In this document: piece after piece, positions 37,948-50,268 of the stretch | Position numbering within the stretch: position 1 is the stretch's first letter | Layout of the letters: every line of letters begins with the position of its first letter | Source of the DNA: Eremomyces bilateralis CBS 781.70 | Taxonomy: Eukaryota | Direction: 5' to 3' (one strand) | DNA: 64,000 nucleotides | NCBI GenBank assembly: GCA_010015585.1 | Contig: ML975150.1 | Notes under the pieces: model-generated | Told to the model about the DNA's origin: nothing | Seen by the model: the letters and a program-made list of their open reading frames with translations, nothing else | Databases searched by the model: none | Made by a program: the position numbers and the translations under genes

Positions 37948-38096
37948 GGTATTACACTAATAGGTCTGTATCTAGTATACATAGTATCGGTTGCCCGGTC
38001 TCTCGAATTTGTTCTATCGCCATTGATCTGCCGTCATCGATCTCTTTTGTATTGACATCGACGATACCAATATCCCTTCTCACTATGATCTATCAC

Positions 38097-38859
38097 TTAA
38101 CGACCGCCTCCCCTCCCCGGATCCAGCTTCTGGCCAAGCTCGGAATACCAGTTACACAACATAACGTGGCTTGACTCCCCCGTATCTCGCTTGAAGATGT
38201 GACAGCCCTCTCGCTGCGCATTCGGAGGCGTGTACACTGCCGTTTGAATTAGCTCGTATTCTTCATGTCCTTTTCGCGCAACGAGGCCCGAAGAGGCATC
38301 ATGACCGTTCAAGACTTTAGGGAAGGAGAGAGGGGGAGACGCACGATGCAGTGAACAGGTGAATTCCTCCGGATCCATGTTCTGGATGCAATGAAGCCCG
38401 AGTTGATCGGACATGTACGTGACCTCGTTCTCGTGATACACGGTCTCCTGGAGGACTTGCAAGGGCTGTGGGCGCGGGTCTGGCCACGCAAATCGGGTCT
38501 CCTTCAGAGAGCCACGTAGAACTTTCATGATGCAATGGGCATTCGCGTGGTCGTGGATAGGGCTTTGCTGGCCGGGGCTCCAGACCAGGAGAAGCTAGGG
38601 GAGGTCAATATTTTGGTCATAAAATCCGAGGGGTCGGTCGGCTTACGAGATTGCTGTTCGCGTTGCCTTTGTCGACGAGATTGCGAGTGTAGGCTCTACT
38701 CTTGTCGCCGAGTGCGTACTGCTTCCATTCGGATTCATCTGAGATGTATTTCTCCATTACGCCAATTAGTTCCTTCGGGTCAACCCCTTCGGAATTGATG
38801 CCAGCATCTGGCCCAAGGACTCTATTGAGATCTGCAACCAGGGTATGGAAGTGGTCCAT
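38097..38859 (-). CDS. CDO1: Cysteine dioxygenase type I
   Basis: YTRNLVD, LLVWSPG, SPIHDHANAHC (His/His/Cys), LGLH, SLH|LYTPP (crosslink Tyr); two introns. Confidence 0.93.
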
Positions 38860-39691
38860 ATTGAATATTCGGTTCAGATGCTGTACGGCTGTCTTCAGAC
38901 GTGGCTAGATTGTTCCTGTGGGTGAGGAAATCCAGCTCAAAATGATCATACGTGGCTGCAAAGAAGATATACAATACGTCCAAAGTCGGATGGATATTTA
39001 TACCCAATTCCCAACAGAAGGCCGCCACTTCTGTCTACGGACACCGGTCAAGTGACGTATCCAACCTTTTTCGATAAAAGTCGTTCGCTGCGCCTGACAA
39101 CGAATTTGGATCATGTCGGGCTACCGTTTGTAAAGCCTTTGACGATCTTTGGATGAGTAGAACAAACCAATGTAGTACTAACAAGGCATACGTCGCGGAT
39201 TGGGTGGTCAACCATACGTTCCGGTGCCATAAATCGGCCAACGCAATCCGATGGACGATGCAACCAACGTCTCCGACAATCCAGAGTCCACATCTTTCCA
39301 AAGTCCACATGTCTGCTCCATGCTCGAACGAAAGGTGTCCTTCTAAAGGTGTCATTTTTAAGATGTCATATTTTCATGTTAGTTGCATGTACACGGGCTT
39401 TCTTAGGCCTTCTTAAGAGTCACATGAAGCTTTAGGAAGGTGAATTAAAAACAAATATGTCGATCGGGTTACATACGCATCATCACGACACGTGGAGGAT
39501 ACTTAATATTGAGAGGAGAGAAAACGAATAAGTATTTAATCGTCCTACACGTGAACCATCAGCTGTACTTTCCTTAAGGTTATCATTGAGATTGTCAAGC
39601 ATCCCGCATCACACAAGCTTTCGTTCGCCGTTGGAATCAAACCGTTGGCGACCTTCCCCTCAAACCTCAGATATCACCAACGCAAGCCACC

Positions 39692-40288
39692 ATGCAGTTC
39701 AACCTCATCAACGGACCACCAGACGCCACGGCCCCAAAATCGCCTCTCTCCGAGCCTTTCACTCTGACTGCGCTGCCAGACACCGACGTCTGGCGCACAC
39801 CAGCCTCTGCCGGTGGTCGCGATAGCTTCGACGGCACGATCCTCGCCACTGAACTTCCCCTGAAATCCTTCCAACGAGCCCAGGTCACCGTGTCCGCCGA
39901 CTGGAAGTCGCAGTACGCGCAGGCCGGGCTGATCTTCTACGACCCGTCTTCGCACCGTCCATGGATCAAAGCTGGGATCGAATTTAAGGACGGCGCGACC
40001 TTCGCGTCGGTGGTCGCGGCGAACCCGTACTCCGACTGGAGTTTGCTGCCTTGGGGGGAGAAGAGCGTGACGATTGAGTTTGAGAAGGTGCATGGGGCGC
40101 TGTGGGTTTACGGGCGCAAAGCTGAGGGGGAGAAGATCCCGATGAGAGAGACTACTTGGGCGTTTGAAAACGAGGACGCAAACATTGCGGTGGGAGTGTT
40201 GGTGGCAATGCCAAAAGGAGAGGATGGGGTGGAGAATGGTGGACAGTTGGATGTTCGGTTTGAGAATTTCACGATCGAGACTGCGTGA
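39692..40288 (+). CDS. DUF1349 (Ree1-like, ConA-like beta-sandwich) protein
   Basis: TDVWRTP, WKSQYAQAGL, WIKAGIEF, SVVAANPYSDWSL, REttW motifs. Confidence 0.85.
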   Translation: MQFNLINGPPDATAPKSPLSEPFTLTALPDTDVWRTPASAGGRDSFDGTILATELPLKSFQRAQVTVSADWKSQYAQAGLIFYDPSSHRPWIKAGIEFKDGATFASVVAANPYSDWSLLPWGEKSVTIEFEKVHGALWVYGRKAEGEKIPMRETTWAFENEDANIAVGVLVAMPKGEDGVENGGQLDVRFENFTIETA

Positions 40289-40919
40289 GATGCTGAGGTT
40301 TTCTATACCAACATCTCACAAAATACGACATCTTAGCGAGCCTTAGTTTTCCAATATAAACTTGCCTTGCTCCATTGTTCGGTTCAGATCCCAAATTTGG
40401 TGGATTGCGGTCATAGTGTGCGATCTGTCTTGAGCAGTTGAGCAGCAGTTCGATATGGGACCAGCCGCCGCTTGATAGGGGAAAGATGTATCCCGTATGT
40501 TTTGACTTTTGAGAGGATGTTTCTTGGAAAAGATAGGGTTAGAATTTCGATGTAGCACGATCTAATTATACCTAATCTGTATGGCAAGGTCGAAGGCCCT
40601 TGTCGCGGTGACGCCCCTTTCGCAAGGATGCATGAGATTCTACTTGTGGAGCCATTAACTGCCATTGACTTGATATCCAAACTTCAACCTTCTCAACTGC
40701 CAACGTCAACAGCCTGCAACTTTGTCGTTTCTTTCGCTTCTTTCCACAAACTTCATACGCACCTTTTCTCCTCTTCTCGGATACAGTACAAATCTTCAAC
40801 TCCCGACGTTGATAGAAACCCTGTCCTCCAAACGAGACATGCGGCGCTTCCCCCGTCAACCGTCGATATAAACGTCATCATCCTTCCACCCCATCCTCGT
40901 CCCGCCGTCGCAAACCCCG

Positions 40920-43900
40920 ATGCGCTCCACGCTCCACCGTCTCTCGCAGCATGTCTCACCGCATCGAACCCCCTTCGCCATCGCCACCCTAATCGTCCTC
41001 TCCGCCTTTTCTGCCCTCGCGACGCCGACTCGCCATTCGCTCTTCATCTCCGCCCTCTCCTGGGCCCTGGTGTGCGCAGTATACATCTCGCAGGCGGGAC
41101 TGGGGTGGCGGTCGCAGGATGGCGGTGGAAAGAGCCGGAGGTTCGCGGGAGTGGCCGGGGGTTTGTTTGCGTTGTCGGGCGTATGTGAAGCGACGTCAAG
41201 GGATGCGGAGGCTTTGTGGTGGACGAAGGTCGGTATCTCGTCGGCTCTACCGGTAGCGATACAATACTGACGGGCCGTTAGTCTCTCCTCCCCATGATTG
41301 TATATTTGGCCTACGCGCTGGACATCAAACTGGACGCTTCCCTGGCCCATGTCGATACCGGATCCAAACCAGATGGAAATATTTCGAGGACCCCTCCAGC
41401 GCTGCTGATCACCGCGACGGTTTCCGCTCTCATCGCACTGAGCGGTCGGTATACTCTCCCTTCGTCCACGGCACTGGGTTTGTGCGGCGCGTTGCTGCAA
41501 GGATGTTCATTCGTCTTGCTGGATATGGCGATCAAGAGTGCGGATATCGATTTCTATGACATGGGTGGATTCGTCATGGCGAATGGGTCCCGTCGAGCTC
41601 TGAATGCAGGCAAAGAAGGCATTTCATACAAAGGAGTCTGCCGCGATGTTGCCGGGGCGATCGCATTCATTTCTGCGCTCGCGGCCGCATCGTTTGAAAG
41701 TTTTCGGCTGGACAACGGAGTGAGCGTGTTGCGGTATTGGAAGTTCGGCTGGCGTTTATCAGAAGCGCATGAGAACTGGGACACGAGATCGGTTCCCTTT
41801 CTCGTGTTGACAGATGTTGTCCGGAATCTTCTGGTTCTATATATGGTACGTATATGTCGTTTTGGTCCTGTTCGCGACATTCATGTGTCGTGGTTTGTCT
41901 CTTTCTGTCTTTGACTTTCTTCTTTCTTCTATTTCTTTCTACGACCCGATCCCCATCCATTTAGTCATACGTAGGACATATGCACTATTACAACCATGGC
42001 ACATCTCTATCGAGGGTCACCCGTTATCCTCCTAGATTGGGAATCCCATACTGACATCCCCCCTCAGGTCCAAAGACGCGGTCCCCTATCGTTGAGCTTC
42101 TATGTCTTGTTTGCGATTGTTGTCGCATTCTTGCTCACAGGAATTACTCTCACCAGCGGTTGGTTTGCAGTCCTGTTCTCATTCACATCAATGCTCTTTT
42201 TCAAAGAGCCTCATCCGATGATGCCGTCGGTCGCCATGCCACCACACATGCGGAGCATCAAACGAGCGGTGATCCTTGTGTCCATCATTTCATTCGTGTT
42301 CTGGACAGTAAGATTTTTGCCGGACTCTCCTCACCCGGCCTACACGGGCCTGGGCCTATTTGGCCCTCCCGCTGAAATGGCACCCAGGGAGCTCGGATCA
42401 ATGACCACACATCCCATCGAGCAATTAATGGACGATGCACAGGACCAGTTCCAGGCAATTCTGGTGGGACAGTCAGAAACGCTTGAACAAGTAGTCGCAG
42501 AGTACCGGAGAAGATACAAAATGCACCCCCCTCCTAATTTCGACCGTTGGTATGAATTTGCGAAGCGACACGATGTTCAATTGGTGGACGAGTTCGACAA
42601 CATATACGACGCACTCCTTCCGTTCTGGGCCCTTCCACCGTCCGTTATCCGGAACCGAACGGCCGAGGCCCTTGGCTACGAGGGGAACGCTCTAATCCAC
42701 GTGGCGATCCGTAAGGGATACGTAGTGAAGATCACAGGCGGTGAAGCTTGGTTTCGAGGGGCACTGTTGGGCATGTTAAAGGATATCGTCGAGTTCGTTC
42801 CCGACATGGACTTGGCGTTGAACATCCACGACGAACCACGCGTGATCATCGCGCACGACGAACTCAGCCAGATGGTCGAGTTCGCGAAGTCGAAAGCTAT
42901 CCCGCAAGCCTTCCAGACCAAAGAACCGGTCAAGAGGTTTTCTCCGCGTCCCGCCAACCTGGGCGACGGTCGACGGATCAAGCCCGTCACGACCAGCCGC
43001 TTCAACCACTTCGCGCACCAAGACACCTGGACGCACAGCCGACTCTCCTGTCCGCCCGACAGCCCCGCACGCTCCTTCCACGAGACCACCGACAACCTCA
43101 CCGCCTGGGCCGTCACCCCCCTCGGCTTAATCTATAACCACACGGCATTCAGCGACATCTGTAACTCCCCCTCTTTCGCCTCCACGCACGGCTTCTTCCA
43201 GCGCCCCAACGCCTTCAACCTCATCATGGACCTCGTCCCCATCTTCTCCCAGTCCAAGGTCTCCTCCTTCAGCGATATCGTCTACCCCTCCCCCTGGTAC
43301 TGGGCCGACCACACCCCCTACAACCCCGCCGCCGACATCCCCTGGGCCCAGAAAAACCACACCCTCTACTGGCGCGGCTCCTCCACCGGCGGCTTCTCCC
43401 GCGACGGCGGCTGGCGCCGCCAACACCGCCAACGTCTCGTCCGCATCCTCAACGCCCCCTCCAACGCCACCGTCCTCCTTTCCCAACCTCAACCACCTCC
43501 TTACACCAGCCACCCCGACATCTTCCGTCCCACTAACCTCCCCCCCACCGACATCGCCCCCCACATCAACGTCCACTTCACCGGCCTCGGCCAATGCGAC
43601 GCGGGCGACTGCGCGGCACAGCGCGAGTTCTTCCACATCGACCCGCCCGCGCGGTTCGAGGAGGCATACCACGCGCGCCACCTGCTCGACATGGACGGCA
43701 ACGCGTTCAGCGGGCGGTTCTACGCGTTCCTGCGCTCGCACAGCGCGGTGCTGAAGATGGCGGTGTTTCGGGAGTGGCACGACGTGTGGGTGCGGCCGTG
43801 GGTGCATTTCGTGCCGGTGAGTTTGCGGGGGGGAGAGGTGATGGAGGTGGTGCGGTGGATGAGGGGGGAGGATGGGAAAATGAGAGAGATGGCGGAGGAA

Positions 43901-44023
43901 GGGCGGGAGTGGGCGGGGAAGGCGCTTAGGAGGAGGGATATGGAGGCGTGGTTGTTGAGATTGTTGTTGGAGTATGGGCGGTTGGTGGATGAGGAGCGGG
44001 GGAGGATTGGGTTTAGTTTGTAG
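40920..44023 (+). CDS. CAP10-like glycosyltransferase family 90 with multi-pass TM N-terminus
   Basis: EYRRRYKMHPPPNFDRWYEFA, PDMDLALNIHDEPRV, PIFSQSKVSSFSDIVYPSPW, LYWRGSSTGG, LDMDGNAFSGRF, PWVHFVPV, RLLLEYGR. Exons 40920-41228, 41282-41845, 42068-44023. Confidence 0.92.
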
Positions 44024-44490
44024 ACGGGTATTGGCGTTGGGGTTGGGATTGCCTTAGAGAAGGTATTGATGAATCGGCGCGGTCATGCTTGGGTTGACCG
44101 CAGCTTGTATATTAACACCAACACAGAACACTGCCGATAGCACTTTTCATGAGTCAAAAGCAAAAGCAATATGAAGACCAAAATTCGTTCACGTGAGTGA
44201 TACATAATTTACTTTATCGTGACCGACAGACAGTGAGCGACCAATGCGCCTCCACTGCCATGCGTGCGCTATCAACATCAAACAAACCCGACGATTGAAT
44301 CTCGTATCGGTGTCCGGTCCCAGAACATAGAAGAGTGCGTCCAGTTCGTTCATAATTCTCCCCAAGGGGCGCGCGTGCGTGTACAACCGCACTTCTCCCT
44401 CCCGTCATTCATCAGGCGATCAACCGCCCCCCTTGACCTTCACGCTCAAACAAGATGGATTTATACACAACGTCAAACATCCCTCCACTC

Positions 44491-47400
44491 TCATCCCCCC
44501 GGCGTACCACCCCTCACCGCCTTCACCCCCACCCCCACCCCATCCCTCCGAATCCGCTCCACCAAACTCAACCCCCTCCCGCCCCCCTTAAACCGCGAAT
44601 GTCCCTGCACGAACCGCCCCCCAATACCCTCCGCCCCATCGCCCAGCAACATCCTTTTCTCCCGCTTCCCCACCCGCAGATCCCGCCACTCCGGCCGCCG
44701 ATCCAGCTCTGCGAGGAGCGGCGCGAGCGGCACCCAGGAAAGGAGGTCGCGTGAGCCCATGGCACGGAAAGCGTGTGTGGTGGCGGCGATGCGGGCGCGT
44801 TCGGCGGAGAGGGTCGAGGTCGGGGAGGAGGCGTCGGTGTGCGTGGTGGTGGAGAGGGTGTGGATCGGGTAGCCGAGGAGCCAGGTGTCGATGTGGGCGG
44901 GAGTGACGGGCCGGGTTTCCCAGCGGAGATCGCGGAGCGCGGGTTTGGTGTCGTCGTTGGTGTCCCCGTTGGTGTCCCCGTTGGTGTCTCCCTTGGTGTC
45001 TCCGTTGGTTTCTCCGTTGGTGACTCCTTTGGTAGTCGTAGACGTCCGAACCGCCGCAGCGCCCGTCCTCGTCCCATTGACCTGCACCGGCTCCTCCTCC
45101 GCCCAATTCTCCACCGCCCCCACATCCAACTCCGGCAGCCCCAACAACCCTACTACCTGCCAATTCATCACCCACCGCTCCTCCCGCCGCTCCGTCGCCA
45201 CCCCCGCGTCGATCTCCCGCAACGGCACTGTGTAGATCGGCAGGAACTGATCTGCCACCCCCAGCTCCGCCATCGTGCTGCGCACTGGCCGCTGCCGCCC
45301 GTGCCGCATCGCGTGCGCGATCGACGTCGGGAGGGACGCGAGGAGCGCCGCCCGCTCCGCGACGCGGCGCGCCGCTTCTTCGGCTTCGGCAGCGCGCTGG
45401 GCGGCCAATGCGGCGGCGGCGGCGGCGGCTTCCTCGGCTTGGCGGCGGCGTTCGCGCTCGGCAGCCGCCTCGGCCTCCTGGCGCTGGCGCTCCTGCTCGG
45501 CGAGGTATTCGGCTTCTTGGCGCTGGCGTTCCGCTTCGGCGGCTTCGGCTTCCTTGCGCTGGCGATCGAGACGCTCCTGCTCGACGCGGCGGGCTTCTTT
45601 CTCTTTCTCCTGGGCTTCGCGGACGAGACGATCGTGCTCTTCCTGCGCTTTGCGTTCTTTCTCCTTTTCGGCCTGCTTCTCCCTCTCCTTCTCTGCTTTC
45701 GCGGCGGCGTCGTCGCTGTCGTCGTCGGGTTTCGGGTCTTTCGGCGAGCGGGGTTTGTCTGTGTGTTTGCCCTTGGCTCTCTCGTCCTTTTCTCTCTGCT
45801 CAGCGGATTTTGATGACAGCTCGCGATCCCGCTCGCGGTGCTTCTTCTTCTCATCTTTTCTGTCTCGTGCGGGCGATGCCGATCGTCTCCGGGTCGACGC
45901 GGGCGAGGAGGTGCGCACGCTGTCGTCGCCGTGCGACAGCGCTCGTTCCTTCTTCACCGTTACTTTGAGGGATCCTCCCCGCTCGCGACGTCGTTCCTTG
46001 GCTTCCTTCAACCTTTCCCGGTCGGACTTCTCCGTCTTCGCCCCGCTCGCTGATCGCTGTTTGAGTTTCATGTGCGCTTTCGAATCCCCGCTCTCGTCGT
46101 CGTCATCATCTTCCACGACGCGTCGACGACGTCCCGGTAAGCTGTCGCGAGGTGATGGGAGGTCCCTTCCGAGCGTCGAGGGGCCGGTTTTGAGTTTGAC
46201 GATGTTGCGATGCGGTTCGTCGGTGGAACGGATCCGGTGCTTCTCCGACTTCTCGCCCGACAAGGACGAAGACGGATGCTTCTCCGGTTTTCGTTGCCTG
46301 GTGATGAGAAGCGGAGACGACTGCTCGTGAGTGGTTCGCGCAATCTTGGTTCTCCTCGGACTCTCAGGGGAGGATGACTGCTGCACACGTTTCTTGCCCT
46401 TGGATGGCGCCGCGTCGTCCCGTGCGGAACGAGAGCCTTTGTATTGTTCGTACCTCTCCTTCAACAATTCCACCTCCAGCGCCCATTTCGGTCCGCGCCG
46501 TTCCTCGGCCACCTCCCAGTATGTCTTCCCGGCCTTGGTGCGACGCGTCGGGTCGAATCCGTCCTGATCCAACAGCAAGCGCAAGATGTCGACGTTTCCT
46601 CGGCCGATGGCGGTCAACATGGGGGTGTCCGAATGCGTGGCGGGGTCCGGGTCCTTCTGTTTGAGGGACAACACGGCCAGGATGAGGTTCAGCACAGTTT
46701 CATGTCCGCCTCGCGCCGCAGCGACTGCACACGATGTGTCCGGGTTGACGGAGTTCATAATCTGGTTCACGGCGACGGCGTCTCCGCGACCGGCATATTT
46801 TTTCAGGTTCTCGGGGTTGGATTGAATGTATAGGAGGTCATGTCGTTTCGTGGGATCCTCGAGTGACACGGGTAACGGCGCACGAGTCGAACTGTCGGTG
46901 TCTTCGTCAACGGCGTGGTCTCGTAACGCTTTATCGAGGATGGCCTTGATCGCATCGTAGTCTTCGATGTCGTCTTTGTTGTCTTCGAGGAAATCCATCG
47001 CGCGCTGGCCATTGGAGTTGGAATGATGCGGATTCACTCCGTGTTTGAGGAGGATGCGCACCACATCCAGTTCACCGTTCGTTACGGCATCGATGAGTGG
47101 GGTGTCGCCTTGGTCGTCCTGGACGTCGGGACGACAGCCCTGCTTGATGAGATATGCGACAACGCCAGCGTGACCTTTCAATGACGCCTTTTGCAGCGGT
47201 GCGATGCCCGCGTAATCAGGTTGGTTCAACTCGTCCGGCGATTGTTCATAGGCCTGCTTGACCGCCTCGAGATCGCCCTTTTCAGCGGCCTTCCCTAGCT
47301 TTGTGGTGCCGTATCGATCGACGTTCTTCTTGACGTGTGGGGCGGTGGTGCGCGCTGGCGAAGTGAGCGAGCGCTCTTGGGTGGATCGCTTGTAACGCAT

Positions 47401-48594
47401 CTTCGGAACATCCTGCAGGACTGGAACGGGTCGTGGAGATGTCTCGGATCGTTCGGAACGAGAATCGGGACTAGAATGCTTGTGATTTCTATCGCTAGAA
47501 TATGTTCCTGCGGTAGAAATGGCGTCCGAATGTCGTTTTTTGGGGAGAGTTGCGGACTGCACAGTTGAATGAGTAGAAGTAGAACGACGATGAGGTCGTG
47601 GATTCGGTTGTGTTGTTGCTGCGGTTGTTGTCGTCGTGGGAGTCGATGTTGGTGTTGAAGATATGGCAGTTGTGGACGTTGTCGCATTTGTCGTTGCATT
47701 TGTTGCTGTTGCTGTTGCCGAGCTGGTGCCAGGTGATGATGCATGCACATCTGTGCGAGAATGGCTGCTAGCCCGCGGCGATGACGATTTCCTGTCCTCA
47801 TGGTGCTTTTCACGGTCGGATTTCACCTTTCGCGACGGCGGTTCCAGTCCTTTCAGATGGTGCTCGTCTCGAATCTTCCGCTTCTTCGACTCCGACTGGC
47901 CTGATACCGACCTGCGTACATTGGTCGTGGCGGCGACGTCGCTCCCCGCAACCGATGTCATGGACGCTCGTCGCGACCAGGTATTTCGATCCGATTCCAA
48001 TTCATCGCTCATGCTGCGTGCAGAAGGGCTCCCGGCACGCTTCGATGTGCCATTCGGTCCGTTCGGACCATTTTCCCGGTGAACGGATCGCGATCCATTC
48101 GCTTTGGGTGCTTCTGATTTGGCGCGTTCTTTGTCGGGTCGTCCCTTCTCCTTGTCCACGTCGCCATGACGCTGGTGTGATTTCGAGCGCGGTGAGACGG
48201 GATCCGTCGTCCGATCCACGTTCGGTCCCGCCATCCTCTTTTCCTTCTTTACCGGCGCGTCCTTGGATCGAGAACGACGGTGGATGGGCGTTGACTCATC
48301 GGAAGCGACGCCAGCGTCTGATAGGATGACGGTCTCGCTCTCCGAGTCATTCTCGGCATTGCGAGCGTCAACGCCGTTCGACTGCTTCTTCGCGCTGGAG
48401 GGCTGCGGTGGCGATGGCACGGCTGGCGAGGGGGTTCGAGACGAGCGACCGTTGGCGACGGGATTGGGGGTTGGTCGCGATGGGCTGGGCGAACGAGGGG
48501 TGGAGTGCTGTTCCGACACAGGGTCGTCCGGACGGGTGGCGGTGGTATCCTTTCGAGGATGAAGGTCCGAGTCGGGGTTTGCGACACGGCTCAT
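44491..48594 (-). CDS. Ankyrin-repeat protein, probable Set3C/Hos4-like HDAC complex subunit
   Basis: Ankyrin repeats (GIAPLQKASLKG, GDTPLIDAVTNG, AAARGGH, TPMLTAIGRG) flanked by long Ser/Arg/Lys-rich disordered regions and a coiled coil. Likely ATG 48594 within ORF 44491-48948; Hos4 assignment rests on architecture only. Confidence 0.75.
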   Translation of the reverse strand: MSRVANPDSDLHPRKDTTATRPDDPVSEQHSTPRSPSPSRPTPNPVANGRSSRTPSPAVPSPPQPSSAKKQSNGVDARNAENDSESETVILSDAGVASDESTPIHRRSRSKDAPVKKEKRMAGPNVDRTTDPVSPRSKSHQRHGDVDKEKGRPDKERAKSEAPKANGSRSVHRENGPNGPNGTSKRAGSPSARSMSDELESDRNTWSRRASMTSVAGSDVAATTNVRRSVSGQSESKKRKIRDEHHLKGLEPPSRKVKSDREKHHEDRKSSSPRASSHSRTDVHASSPGTSSATATATNATTNATTSTTAISSTPTSTPTTTTTAATTQPNPRPHRRSTSTHSTVQSATLPKKRHSDAISTAGTYSSDRNHKHSSPDSRSERSETSPRPVPVLQDVPKMRYKRSTQERSLTSPARTTAPHVKKNVDRYGTTKLGKAAEKGDLEAVKQAYEQSPDELNQPDYAGIAPLQKASLKGHAGVVAYLIKQGCRPDVQDDQGDTPLIDAVTNGELDVVRILLKHGVNPHHSNSNGQRAMDFLEDNKDDIEDYDAIKAILDKALRDHAVDEDTDSSTRAPLPVSLEDPTKRHDLLYIQSNPENLKKYAGRGDAVAVNQIMNSVNPDTSCAVAAARGGHETVLNLILAVLSLKQKDPDPATHSDTPMLTAIGRGNVDILRLLLDQDGFDPTRRTKAGKTYWEVAEERRGPKWALEVELLKERYEQYKGSRSARDDAAPSKGKKRVQQSSSPESPRRTKIARTTHEQSSPLLITRQRKPEKHPSSSLSGEKSEKHRIRSTDEPHRNIVKLKTGPSTLGRDLPSPRDSLPGRRRRVVEDDDDDESGDSKAHMKLKQRSASGAKTEKSDRERLKEAKERRRERGGSLKVTVKKERALSHGDDSVRTSSPASTRRRSASPARDRKDEKKKHRERDRELSSKSAEQREKDERAKGKHTDKPRSPKDPKPDDDSDDAAAKAEKEREKQAEKEKERKAQEEHDRLVREAQEKEKEARRVEQERLDRQRKEAEAAEAERQRQEAEYLAEQERQRQEAEAAAERERRRQAEEAAAAAAALAAQRAAEAEEAARRVAERAALLASLPTSIAHAMRHGRQRPVRSTMAELGVADQFLPIYTVPLREIDAGVATERREERWVMNWQVVGLLGLPELDVGAVENWAEEEPVQVNGTRTGAAAVRTSTTTKGVTNGETNGDTKGDTNGDTNGDTNDDTKPALRDLRWETRPVTPAHIDTWLLGYPIHTLSTTTHTDASSPTSTLSAERARIAATTHAFRAMGSRDLLSWVPLAPLLAELDRRPEWRDLRVGKREKRMLLGDGAEGIGGRFVQGHSRFKGGGRGLSLVERIRRDGVGVGVKAVRGGTPGG

Positions 48595-49053
48595 TACGAG
48601 GTCGCGAGTGGGAGAGAGAATGGACGGTGCCTCATTGCTGGTGTTTCGAGGTGGGATGACTAGGCACCGACAAGAGTGGACAGCACACGACACGACAGGA
48701 TGCAGTCGGTGCAGGAGGGGACGGAAAATCGAAGGGGAGGATGCAATATCGGGAAGACTTTTTCCGAGTTGGCAGCTGTGAGGATGGAACGGTACGGAGG
48801 ATAGAAAAGGGAGAATTGGATGGTACGGCCAACCGAATTGGAGGAGCGCAAGAAAAGTTGACGATGGGAGAAGGATTGAAGGGAAGGTTGAATAGAATAG
48901 CGCCAGCCCACAACGAGCAGGTGATTTGGACTCTTTGGAGGCTGACAATGCTTGGGTCGGAGTGGGAATTGGGACCTTTAGAGTTTAGTCCTGGGAGGTT
49001 AGTCACCGAATTAGCCACAGGGGCAGGCTAAGGCGTTAACCAAGAACAAGTTA

Positions 49054-49105
49054 GGGGGCGGACGGGGGGGGAGGGGGGAAGGGGGAGGGGGAGGCCGGGA
49101 GGGGG
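49054..49105 (+). other. G-tract cluster (potential G-quadruplex) upstream of the ankyrin gene
   Basis: GGGGGCGGACGGGGGGGGAGGGGGGAAGGGGGAGGGGGAGGCCGGGAGGGGG: at least six runs of 3 or more G. Confidence 0.5.
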
Positions 49106-50268
49106 CAGATGGCGGCGAAGTTAGCGGGTCATGGCGACGGCGGAGATTTGCGACCGTGGAATCGTTGACTGTATGAAACATCCAATCAGATGCATGGAAC
49201 CCGACTTGGTAGATCTTTCCGCGATTCAGTATTCAGTACTGCAGTAAGACACGAACTAGTTAGCTAAGGCGGGATTAAATTAGTCTTGAATCCTGGTATG
49301 CAGTGCATATTGACACCTCCCACGTGACCTTTAATTTCAACATTGTCTCAACGTCTCAACGGCGGCCAACCGGAAAGTGAAAAGGCGATGCAGAATTGCA
49401 GATAAGACCGGAATTCCTGTCATTTCCTCATTTGCCTAAAGAATTTCCGTCGTGAAGGAACCCTAAACATGATTTTGTAATCCCACATGAGTCCAGTACC
49501 ATATATTTGTTGCGACTACCCACAGTACTTGCAATAATGACATCCCCAGCCACACAGCTCCCTCGACTCTGAACAGTCATCCCCTTCAGCCGCCCATTCA
49601 ACGCCAGAGCTTCCTCGGATGGGAGAGCCAAATCCGTCCCACCAACTGAGTTGAGGGCCCGAGTTGCGTGGCATGTGACCGGATTCCATCATTCATCCTG
49701 ACGAAGATCGCCCGAATCGTGGGTGATCGACGTTTAGGGTTCCAGCATGGCAGACGGACAGAACTGTAGAAACGCCACCGTCGAGACGTCGACCATTGAA
49801 TTATCGATCGTGGATTTCTTGGTTTCGTACTTTACTCTTTAGTCCCCTGGACCGCAACAGCAGCCAACAGGGAACTGGTTGGTACTTAGACCTTAGGACG
49901 GAGTACTGGACATTGGTGAACGGCTTGTTTACATCCCGCTCACCGGTAGCTCACCGGCTGCGTTAGGACCGACGCGATCGACAGTAGACATCCATGCATC
50001 TTGTGAAGTGCGTCTATGTCCAGACTTCATGAGTGACTTCTGAACCTTCAAGCTGCTGGCTTCCGAACTGACGCCCAACGCAGCTGCCATATCACTCGCT
50101 TTCAGAACAGAGAATCCTGTCCAATATGCGACATAGGGACGACGAGAGGACACCCTCGAATGAATTGACATAACAGAAACACAGGACAACGAGCATCGAC
50201 GGATGTCGCCCGAATGAGTTGCAGAACCAGAATCAGAAAAGGTTCATAGCCACATACAAAGTGTCGAC

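Noticed and set aside
44773..46330. Long + strand ORFs (346 and 351 aa) antisense to the ankyrin gene, and similar shadow ORFs elsewhere
   Set aside because: Expected by-product of GC-rich codon bias and low-complexity sequence; no domain signal
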